Assembly: GCA_007132725.1 (NCBI GenBank)
Contig: SLOD01000086.1
Location: forward strand, 1-54,025
Direction of reading: 5' to 3'
DNA from: Candidatus Sumerlaeota bacterium
GTDB taxonomy: Bacteria > UBP6 > UBA1177
Length of the DNA: 54,025 nt
Shown here in pieces: positions 46,463-54,025 of the stretch. The notes beneath the pieces are model-generated. The model was given only the letters and a program-made list of their open reading frames with translations, made no database searches and was not told where the DNA came from. The position numbers and the translations under genes are program-made. The first letter of the stretch is position 1, and each line of letters begins with the position of its first letter.

Positions 46463-49267
46463 TCAGTTCTTTTTGAATCTTTTTTCAAGCTCTTTATAAA
46501 TTGATTTCACAGCACCTTCGATCGTTCCGTAAGCATCTTCCATTGTTTTTTTGATTTCTCTGACAATGTCATTGTTGATCGCTGCATGGGCGGCTGCAAG
46601 CCTTGCTATAGGAACTCTGAATGGTGAACAGCTTACATAGTTAAGTCCGCATCTATGGAAAAAATCAATGGAAGAAGGATCTCCACCGTGCTCACCGCAG
46701 ATACCGAGCTTGATATTAGGTCGGGTTTTTCTTCCTCTTTTCACAGCCATTTCAACAAGCTGTCCGACACCTTCCTGGTCTATTGACACAAAAGGATCGA
46801 CCGTCAACACCCCTGTCTCTTTATAAACTTCAAGAAATTTCCCTGCATCATCACGACTGTATCCGAAAGCCATCTGGGTAAGATCATTGGTTCCAAAAGA
46901 GAAAAATTCCGCTTCTTCTGCTACTTCATCAGCAGTCATGGCACCCCTTGGGATTTCTATCATTGTTCCTACCATATATTCAACTGTTATCCCTTTTTCT
47001 TCAAAAACTTTCTCGGCTGTCTTTACTATGATATCTTTTTGAAGAGTAAATTCTTCACTTTTTCCAACCAGAGGAACCATGATCTCGGGAAATACTTTAA
47101 CTCCTTCTTTTGTGAGATCACAAGCCGCTTCTATTATTGCTCTTGCCTGAGTCTCACTTATTTCAGGATATGTGATTCCAAGACGGCATCCTCTGTGTCC
47201 CAGCATTGGGTTGAACTCATGAAGTTCATTGATTTTTTCTTTTATTTTCTTTTCGGAAACTTTCATTTCCTGAGCCATCTCTTTGATATGCTTCGGCTCA
47301 TGAGGAAGAAACTCGTGTAACGGAGGATCAAGGAGTCTTATTGTAACAGGCAATCCTTCCATTTCCTTAAAAATACCGTAAAAATCATCTCTCTGGTGTT
47401 TTATAAGCTTTTTAAGAGCCTTTTTCCGTCCTCCTTCATCATCAGCAAGAATCATTTCTCTCATTGCTTTGATCCTGTCACCTTCAAAGAACATATGCTC
47501 TGTACGGGTCAAACCGATACCCTCAGCACCAAAGTCCCTGGCAATTTTAGAGTCTTTCGGAGTGTCAGCATTTGTTCTGACTTTAAGAACTCTTCTTTCA
47601 TCAGCCCACTGCATAAGTATGTCAAAATCCCCTTCGAATTTGGGTTGCTCAGTCTGAACTTTACCAAGAATAACTTCTCCTGTAGTACCATCAATAGATA
47701 TCCAGTCTCCTTCTTTTACGGCTTCTTCTTTGACTGTAAATTTAGAAGTTTTATAGTCTATTGATATTGCACCGCAACCTGAAACGCAACATTTTCCCAT
47801 ACCTCTTGCAACAACTGCCGCATGGCTTGTCATACCGCCTCTGGCAGTAAGAATACCGTTTGCCGCATCCATTCCACCAATATCTTCAGGGCTTGTTTCA
47901 ACTCTGACAAGGATTATGGCTTTCCCTTGCTTTTTCCAATCCATAGCCTTGTCTGCATTGAACACCACCTGACCTGTTGCAGCTCCCGGACTTGCAGGGA
48001 GACCTTTTGCAAGAATTTTTGCTTTTGCTTTTTCAGATTTTACAAACTGCGGATGAAGAAGTTGGTCTATTTGCTCGGGCTTGACTCTTAAAAGTGCTTC
48101 ATCTTTTGAGATCATTCCTTCATTGACCATTTCCACAGCTATTTTTACTGCAGCAGCGGCAGTTCTTTTACCAGTCCGGGTCTGAAGCATCCATAACTTT
48201 TTATTTTCAATGGTAAACTCTATGTCCTGCATATCTCTGTAGTGATTTTCAAGTTTGTGGTAAATGTCAACAAGCTCTTCATAAACTTCAGGCATATATT
48301 CTTCTAAAGACGGGTATTTCTTTTTTCTTTCTTTTTCCGAAATCCCTACACTTTCCGACCACTTACGGCTTCCGGCTATTGTAACTTCCTGAGGAGTTCT
48401 GATGCCTGCAACGACATCTTCACCCTGAGCATTAATGAGATATTCTCCATAAAAAACTTTTTCACCTGTTGCCGGGTTTCTTGTAAAAGCAACACCGGTT
48501 CCACAGTCATCTCCCATGTTTCCAAAAACCATTGCCTGGACATTTACTGCGGTTCCCCATTTGTCAGGGTAGTCGTTCATTTTACGATAATAAACAGCTC
48601 TGTCTCCCATCCAGCTTCCAAAAACAGCGTCAATTGCTCCCCAAAGTTGTTCCATCGGATCGGTCGGGAACTCTTTTTTTGTATATTTTTTTACGATCTT
48701 TTTATACTCAGCAACCAGAGATTTAAGATGAGTTACTGTCATTTCAACATCGGTTTTTAAGTTGTTTTTCTTTTTTACATTTTCAATTGCATGCTCAAAA
48801 TGTTCACCATCAACGCCCATTACAACATTTCCATACATTTGCATAAAACGGCGATAGCTGTCCCAGGCAAATCTTTCATCTCCTCTCTTTTTTATAAGAC
48901 CTTTCAAAGTTTTTTCATTAAGCCCCAGATTGAGAACCGTATCCATCATACCCGGCATTGACACTCTTGCACCGCTTCTGACAGAAAGAAGAAGGGGGTT
49001 TTTCACATCACCGAATTTTTTACACATAACTTCTTCAACTTTTTCAAGATTCTCAAAAACCTGCTCTTTCAGTTCAGGGGGGTAGTTCCTGTTGTTTTCA
49101 TAGTAAACCGTACACATATCAGTAGAAATCGTAAAACCTGCGGGAACCGGGATCCCCAGCGAACACATCTCAGCAAGATTTGCCCCTTTTCCTCCGAGAG
49201 TGTTTTTCATAGATGCATCACCTTCCGAACCTTCCGGACCAAAAAAATAAACGAATTTTTTAGCCAT
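46463..49267 (-). CDS. ppdK: Pyruvate, phosphate dikinase
   Basis: 'LGGKGANLAEM', phospho-His loop 'GGMTSHAAVVARGMGK', and PEP-utilizer C-terminus 'FFSFGTNDLTQ' and 'CGEHGGDP'. It carries ~45 extra C-terminal residues. Confidence 0.92.
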   Translation of the reverse strand: MAKKFVYFFGPEGSEGDASMKNTLGGKGANLAEMCSLGIPVPAGFTISTDMCTVYYENNRNYPPELKEQVFENLEKVEEVMCKKFGDVKNPLLLSVRSGARVSMPGMMDTVLNLGLNEKTLKGLIKKRGDERFAWDSYRRFMQMYGNVVMGVDGEHFEHAIENVKKKNNLKTDVEMTVTHLKSLVAEYKKIVKKYTKKEFPTDPMEQLWGAIDAVFGSWMGDRAVYYRKMNDYPDKWGTAVNVQAMVFGNMGDDCGTGVAFTRNPATGEKVFYGEYLINAQGEDVVAGIRTPQEVTIAGSRKWSESVGISEKERKKKYPSLEEYMPEVYEELVDIYHKLENHYRDMQDIEFTIENKKLWMLQTRTGKRTAAAAVKIAVEMVNEGMISKDEALLRVKPEQIDQLLHPQFVKSEKAKAKILAKGLPASPGAATGQVVFNADKAMDWKKQGKAIILVRVETSPEDIGGMDAANGILTARGGMTSHAAVVARGMGKCCVSGCGAISIDYKTSKFTVKEEAVKEGDWISIDGTTGEVILGKVQTEQPKFEGDFDILMQWADERRVLKVRTNADTPKDSKIARDFGAEGIGLTRTEHMFFEGDRIKAMREMILADDEGGRKKALKKLIKHQRDDFYGIFKEMEGLPVTIRLLDPPLHEFLPHEPKHIKEMAQEMKVSEKKIKEKINELHEFNPMLGHRGCRLGITYPEISETQARAIIEAACDLTKEGVKVFPEIMVPLVGKSEEFTLQKDIIVKTAEKVFEEKGITVEYMVGTMIEIPRGAMTADEVAEEAEFFSFGTNDLTQMAFGYSRDDAGKFLEVYKETGVLTVDPFVSIDQEGVGQLVEMAVKRGRKTRPNIKLGICGEHGGDPSSIDFFHRCGLNYVSCSPFRVPIARLAAAHAAINNDIVREIKKTMEDAYGTIEGAVKSIYKELEKRFKKN

Positions 49268-49283
49268 GTCTTCCTCCTATCAA

Positions 49284-51347
49284 CTAAATGTTCAAATAAC
49301 TGATATCTCCTATTTGCTCTGTGACAAGGGTGACAACCTTTTTTATAAGCTTCAGTCTATTGACTTTTAAAGCGTCATCTTCAGTCATCACAAAAACAGA
49401 GTCAAAAAACAAATCCAATACCGACTTAATTGTAATAATTTTTAATGCAATATCAAGATTGTCTGTCAAGCCTTCAACTTCTTTGCTCACTTCCATAACT
49501 GCAAAAAACAGCCTCTTCTCTTCTTCCTGCTCAAAAAGTTCAGGATCAGGGTCTCTATCAGGGATGTTCTGTTTTTTTAGTATGTTGCAACCTCTCTTAT
49601 AGAGTTGGGCCAGATCGGTCACCTCTTTCTCTTTATCTTTCAACAGCTTGTTTATTGTTTCCGCCCTTTTTTTTACTATTACAGGAATATCGGAACCCGC
49701 TTTTGCAGCAGATTGAACAACAGGTGTATCCATATTCAGCAAAGCCTGATATCTTGCCACCATAAAATCGTATATCTCTTCCTGTCCATATTTCAAGGAC
49801 GGGTTAAATCCGGCAATAAGTTCTGCAGTATAGTCAAACACTTCCTTTATACTGACAAGAGTTTCTTCTGATGCGGAAGCTACACAAAGAAAGCCAAGAG
49901 CATTTCTTCTTATGGCAAATTTATCTTTTGAACCTGTAGGCTTCATGCCTGCCATAAACCCACCTACGATAGTATCTGCCTTATCGGCCATAGATAAGAT
50001 CTTTCCTATAACTGTTGAAGGAAGGGTATCTCCTGCGTTCACCGGCCAGTAATGTTCTTCCATAACAGAAGATAATTCGTCATCAAAACCGGCAGCTTTT
50101 GCATAGTATCTTCCAATCACCCCCTGAAGATCGGGAAATTCAAAAACAACTCCTGTAACAAGGTCGTTTTTTATCATTGAGGCGGCTTTTTCTACCTTTT
50201 GAAGGGTTTTTTCGTCTGCATTAAAGTATTTCCGTGCTATAAACAAAGAAATTTTTGTAACTCGCTGTATCTTATCATAATAACTTCCAAGATCCTTTTG
50301 AAAAAGCATTTCTTTAAGTTTTTCATTAAGTTTTTCAAAATCTTTTTTCAAGTCATCTCCATAATAAAATGCGGCATCAGCCAGTCTCCCTGAAACAACT
50401 TTCTCGTTTCCTTTAATAACGACCGTATCATCTGATGGAATATTATTAAGGATACTGATGAACTTCGAAAACAGTTTTCCCGAGTTTTTTTCGATCAAAG
50501 TAAAATAACGCTGATCTTTTTTTAAAACTTTTGTTATAAGTTCAGGTGGAAGATCTCTGTACTTGGGCGGGATATCTCCTAAAACAGGGTAGGGATATTC
50601 TGTCATATCGGCAACTTCATTCATTATTTCCGTATCTGTTTCTTTTTCACAATTGTTCTGTAAGCTGACATTGCTTATAAAACTGTCTATCATTTTTATC
50701 CTTTCATCACGGTCAACAACAACAAACGCTTCTTTAAGTTTCTGCACATAGTTATCTGCTGAAACCGTTATTGTTTCAGGAAAAAGGAAGCGGTGTCCAA
50801 AAGAGTGGTTCTGAAAAACCAAAGATTCAAAATTGCCCTCTATCCCTTTCCCGTCAATATTGAGGAACACCCACTTTAAAGGCCTGGCAAAGTAAAAAGT
50901 GTTCCAACCCCACCTCATACTTTTTTTAAAACGGAGAGAGCTCAAACCTTTTTGAACAATAGGAACCATAACCTCTTCTAAATCCCTCCCTTTTTCTTCT
51001 TTCCATCCCGCTATGACTTCTCCTTTTGAAGATTCTTCAAAAAAATAATCGGTCAGATCATTTTTCTTTAAAAAAGATTCTCCTGCCTTCGTCAGAGTTC
51101 CTTCGGAAGAAACGGCAATAGTTTTGGGAGCACCTGTAACTTTTTCACGAAGATCCGGCTGCCTTGAAGGAACATCTTTCATAACGACAGCTATTCTTGA
51201 GCAAGTTGAGTACGCTTCAATAGAACCGGGGGAGACTCTTTCTTTTTCCATTTCAACAAGAAAAGTTTCTTTCAGTTGTTCTGTGGCAGGAACAATGAAA
51301 GATGGAGGAAATTCCTCAAAGCCTATTTCAAAAAGGATATTGGACAC
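49284..51347 (-). CDS. glyS: Glycine--tRNA ligase beta subunit
   Basis: N-terminus 'ILFEIGFEEFPP' and a length of 687 aa. It lies immediately downstream of glyQ with a 1-nt overlap. Confidence 0.9.
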   Translation of the reverse strand: MSNILFEIGFEEFPPSFIVPATEQLKETFLVEMEKERVSPGSIEAYSTCSRIAVVMKDVPSRQPDLREKVTGAPKTIAVSSEGTLTKAGESFLKKNDLTDYFFEESSKGEVIAGWKEEKGRDLEEVMVPIVQKGLSSLRFKKSMRWGWNTFYFARPLKWVFLNIDGKGIEGNFESLVFQNHSFGHRFLFPETITVSADNYVQKLKEAFVVVDRDERIKMIDSFISNVSLQNNCEKETDTEIMNEVADMTEYPYPVLGDIPPKYRDLPPELITKVLKKDQRYFTLIEKNSGKLFSKFISILNNIPSDDTVVIKGNEKVVSGRLADAAFYYGDDLKKDFEKLNEKLKEMLFQKDLGSYYDKIQRVTKISLFIARKYFNADEKTLQKVEKAASMIKNDLVTGVVFEFPDLQGVIGRYYAKAAGFDDELSSVMEEHYWPVNAGDTLPSTVIGKILSMADKADTIVGGFMAGMKPTGSKDKFAIRRNALGFLCVASASEETLVSIKEVFDYTAELIAGFNPSLKYGQEEIYDFMVARYQALLNMDTPVVQSAAKAGSDIPVIVKKRAETINKLLKDKEKEVTDLAQLYKRGCNILKKQNIPDRDPDPELFEQEEEKRLFFAVMEVSKEVEGLTDNLDIALKIITIKSVLDLFFDSVFVMTEDDALKVNRLKLIKKVVTLVTEQIGDISYLNI

Positions 51348-52213
51348 TACTTGCCTCCATTTGTTCTGAGGTTTTCAAGATATTTTTCGGCGATACTGCA
51401 GGAAAGAGCTCTAATCCTTGTTATATAACGCTGTCTTTCAGTTACGGAAATGGCTCCTCTTGCATCAAGAGTGTTAAAAACATGGCTTGCTTTGATGCAA
51501 AACTCAAAAGCGGGACGCGGCAGTAATTTTTCAATAAGTATTTTTGACATCTCTTCATACTTATCAAAAAGCATAAAAAAATCACTAACAGGGGCTTCAT
51601 CAAAATTAAAAGTGGAAAACTCGAACTCATCAGTTTTGTGAATGTCCCCGTATGTCATATTGCTGTTCCATTTCAGATCAAAAACATTATCAACATTTTG
51701 GAGATACATACATATCCTTTCAAGACCGTAAGTAAGTTCGACAGGAACCGGATGAAGATCTATCCCCCCCATCTGTTGAAAATATGTGAACTGGCTTATC
51801 TCCATGCCATCAAGCCAAACTTCCCATCCCAACCCCCACGCTCCGAGAGTGGGGCTTTCCCAATCGTCTTCCACAAACCTTATATCGTGATCTTTCGGTT
51901 CTACTCCTATCGCTTTTAAACTTTCAAGGAAAACTTCCTGTGAATTTTCCGGATTTGGTTTTAAGAGTACCTGTAGCTGATAAAATCTCTGCATTCTGTT
52001 CGGACTTTCACCATACCTTCCGTCAGTGGGCCTTCTTGATGGCTGAACATAGACTGAACTTATACTTTCTGAGCCAAGAGAGTAGAAAAAGGTAGCAGGA
52101 TGAAAAGTGCCCGCACCCATCTCAACATCCCAGGGTTGAACAAGCAGACAACCCTTATCAGACCAGAACTTTTGAAGTTTAAAGATCATATCCTGAAATG
52201 TTATAAAAGACAT
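51347..52213 (-). CDS. glyQ: Glycine--tRNA ligase alpha subunit
   Basis: '[34 protein letters not shown]' matches the GlyQ N-terminus. ATG 52213 follows an AAGGAGAG Shine-Dalgarno. The ORF is open to 52252. Confidence 0.92.
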   Translation of the reverse strand: MSFITFQDMIFKLQKFWSDKGCLLVQPWDVEMGAGTFHPATFFYSLGSESISSVYVQPSRRPTDGRYGESPNRMQRFYQLQVLLKPNPENSQEVFLESLKAIGVEPKDHDIRFVEDDWESPTLGAWGLGWEVWLDGMEISQFTYFQQMGGIDLHPVPVELTYGLERICMYLQNVDNVFDLKWNSNMTYGDIHKTDEFEFSTFNFDEAPVSDFFMLFDKYEEMSKILIEKLLPRPAFEFCIKASHVFNTLDARGAISVTERQRYITRIRALSCSIAEKYLENLRTNGGK

Positions 52214-52242
52214 ATTTCTCTCCTTGAAAAAAACTGTCGAAA

Positions 52243-52270
52243 AATATATCACATTTGACCTTCAAGTCAA
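52243..52270 (-). promoter_or_regulatory. Putative sigma-70 promoter for glyQS-ppdK, overlapped by an inverted repeat
   Basis: The minus strand reads TTGACT-16 nt-TATATT. The -35 and spacer contain TTGAC-N6-GTCAA (52255-52270). Confidence 0.45.
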
Positions 52271-52312
52271 TGAAACCTTATCGTTTAACATAGTAACTAT
52301 AAATTTTTAGAT

Positions 52313-52555
52313 TCAGATATCTTCATAAGGTTGTTTGGGTTCATTGACCGTGAAAACAAAGAACTCTTCAGGGTGGACATTGAGGGCTTTTGCTATTCTG
52401 TCTATTATATCAAGAGTGGGAGCCGATTTTCCATTTTCTATTTCAGAGATGTAGCTTCTATCAACGCCCGAGGCAAGGCTGACATCATCTTGACTCATTT
52501 CCCTGAACTGACGAATAGTTTTCAGCCGCTGTCCAAATTTCTTCCGGATGCTCAT
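52313..52555 (-). CDS. XRE-family helix-turn-helix transcriptional regulator
   Basis: 80 aa. 'LKTIRQFREMSQDDVSLASGVDRSYISEIENGKSAPTLDIIDRIAKAL' is a canonical Cro/C1 HTH. Confidence 0.85.
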   Translation of the reverse strand: MSIRKKFGQRLKTIRQFREMSQDDVSLASGVDRSYISEIENGKSAPTLDIIDRIAKALNVHPEEFFVFTVNEPKQPYEDI

Positions 52556-52687
52556 GCAGATTATATTAATCTGAAACAGGAAAATAGCTGTAGGTTATAT
52601 TCCACAAAAAACTTGACTGTTTTCCATTTTTTTAGAATTCTATTGCTGATGTGCAGCTTTTTTAACACTTCTCTACAAGAAAAATTG

Positions 52688-52903
52688 ATGATAGGGATCA
52701 ATATCGGAAAAATAAGAACAATTTACGATGTAACTTATCAAGTTATCTGGAATGATATAAACGGGGATGTTTATGTTTTGTGGGATGGATGGATAAAGGC
52801 AGGGAACGCACCAACACCTGCTGAAGCAATGCTAACTGCGGAACAGTGGCTGTCAAAACTTATAATGCTATATCCCTGTACACCAAACACTGTTTGTGTA
52901 TGA
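52688..52903 (+). CDS. Hypothetical small protein (71 aa); may not be a real gene
   Basis: This is the only part of ORF 52331..52903 that does not lie antisense to the XRE gene. No convincing Shine-Dalgarno. It overlaps the 3' end of the convergent beta-propeller gene by 36 nt. Confidence 0.25.
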   Translation: MIGINIGKIRTIYDVTYQVIWNDINGDVYVLWDGWIKAGNAPTPAEAMLTAEQWLSKLIMLYPCTPNTVCV

Positions 52904-54025
52904 ACCATCCGAAAGTGTCCCGCCAAAGACACACAGCCTTACTTCACTTTTAGCAACAGCATGAGAACTTCTTCCGGAAAAACCTGCATCAGTCGTGATA
53001 ATACCCCATTGTTTTCCATCATTACTTCTAAGGACATCGTTAGTTCTTGTCATCAAAGTGTTGCCACCTAACAGAAAGAGAACTCCGTTGATCTCTACAA
53101 CAGAATGGAATGCCCTTGGCAGGAAATCCCCCTGAGCACTGCTCCACTCTATTCCATCATCTGAGTACCATATAGTATTATTGACCGAGGAAAAAGAAGC
53201 ATCTATTCCTCCGGTAAGATAAAAAGTCCCGTCAAGAACTCCTCCGGCAAAACTGGAAATACTGTCATAGGGAACAGTTTCACTTATTCTGTTCCAACCA
53301 TGAATATTTCTTTCCCAGACACCTTTTGCTATAGGATTGAATATACCGCCAGCTACACTGAAAACAAAAAGACTTCCGCCTCTGACTAAAGCTTCAAAAT
53401 TAGATCCCGGAAGAAAATCTTCAACTACTGAGCTGTCTTCATTCCAAACAATTCCATCACTTGAATACCAGACTTTGGCTATATTTGTTCCGGAATCGTC
53501 CCTTCCTCCTATTATCCATATTTTTTCATCATACACAACACACTTGTGTCTCTGTCTCTCTCCGAAAGGACCAGAGCTCACTTCTTTTGTCCACAAGGCT
53601 CCATCACTGGATGACCACACATCTGAAAATGTTCCGTCAACTCCCGAACCGGCTATAACCCAGAATCTGTTTTTAAAGTAAACTGCACAGTGACTTGCTC
53701 TGGGTTCAAATCCGCCCACAAAAAGATGTCCGCCTGTCCAGTCAATAGTTGCCGGTCTTTCAGTGCAGGTAATCGTGTCCCAACCTGAACAGTCATCAAG
53801 ACAATATGCTTTTCCCCCCGAATATTTCGAAGGATCAATGTCTACACAGTCATCTATCGAACTGTCACAAACTTCAAGCCCTTCAACTATACCATTTCCA
53901 CACTCCGCAACACCCTTCACGCAGTCACTTTCATCCCAACCGTCACAAGTTTCATTACATTCTGCCATTCCAAGATAATATTCGGGATTGATCTCTGCAC
54001 ATCTTCTGGTTTCACTGTCACAAAC
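52868..54025 (-). CDS. Cys-rich repeat + beta-propeller (Kelch-like / 'W.S.DG..W' repeats) protein, 5'-truncated by the window edge
   Basis: The frame stays open from 53968 to the window end (VCDSETRRCAEINPEYYLG-MAECNE...). 'CGNGIVEGLEVCD' is a Cys-rich repeat. There are four 'VW[SY]S.DG..W' blades. Confidence 0.7.
   Translation of the reverse strand, partial: VCDSETRRCAEINPEYYLGMAECNETCDGWDESDCVKGVAECGNGIVEGLEVCDSSIDDCVDIDPSKYSGGKAYCLDDCSGWDTITCTERPATIDWTGGHLFVGGFEPRASHCAVYFKNRFWVIAGSGVDGTFSDVWSSSDGALWTKEVSSGPFGERQRHKCVVYDEKIWIIGGRDDSGTNIAKVWYSSDGIVWNEDSSVVEDFLPGSNFEALVRGGSLFVFSVAGGIFNPIAKGVWERNIHGWNRISETVPYDSISSFAGGVLDGTFYLTGGIDASFSSVNNTIWYSDDGIEWSSAQGDFLPRAFHSVVEINGVLFLLGGNTLMTRTNDVLRSNDGKQWGIITTDAGFSGRSSHAVAKSEVRLCVFGGTLSDGSYTNSVWCTGI

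Noticed and set aside
53699-53720. 'GGGTTCAAATCCGCCC' looks like a tRNA T-arm.
   Set aside because: The flanks do not form a 5-bp T-stem (CTGGG versus CCGCC), and no acceptor or anticodon arms can be drawn. It lies inside the beta-propeller coding sequence.
1-54025. I searched the whole window for prophage, integrative-element or defence-island signatures: integrase, transposase, restriction-modification, toxin-antitoxin pairs, abortive-infection ATPases.
   Set aside because: I recognised none in any of the ORF translations. Gene content and tight operon packing look like core chromosome. The only weak candidate is the XRE plus small ORF pair, reported separately.

Overview
This is an AT-rich, densely packed bacterial chromosomal segment. 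I called about 45 protein-coding genes, most of them on the minus strand in tightly overlapping operons. I found no rRNA, tRNA, CRISPR array, transposase or integrase.

Most genes are housekeeping:
- Lipid synthesis: plsB, two CDP-alcohol phosphatidyltransferases including pssA.
- Nucleotide, amino-acid and cofactor metabolism: deoA, rocD, coaBC, queC, nnr, tsaE, hemW, rnhB, ychF.
- A Na+-pumping oxaloacetate-decarboxylase-type oadGAB operon.
- murG-mraY, glyQ-glyS-ppdK and an IHF-beta-like gene.

The envelope features indicate a diderm organism: a TonB-C-like protein, several lipobox proteins and periplasmic TPR proteins. Several domain types are ones I associate with Myxococcota or Bdellovibrionota-like lineages: an MJ0042-type zinc ribbon, GYF, FHA, a 'CGNG..E..E.CD' Cys-rich repeat and 'DxDGDG' metal-binding-like modules. 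That is inference only; taxonomy cannot be settled from this window.

The parts that look least ordinary are:
1. A ZnR/GYF/TM/TPR giant protein whose zinc ribbon is cut off by an in-frame TAA. It is paired with a divergently placed FHA/TM/coiled-coil protein carrying the same ~50-aa C-terminal motif. The architecture is reminiscent of GltJ/GltG-type adaptors.
2. Two tandem paralogous Cys-rich lipoproteins, within a cluster that also holds a stand-alone sigma region-4 protein, another Cys-rich lipoprotein and a TonB-like protein.
3. A MurG fused to a ~270-aa HEAT-like domain and translationally coupled to mraY.

I see no canonical defence or mobile system. All functional calls rest on motif recognition by eye, not on database searches.
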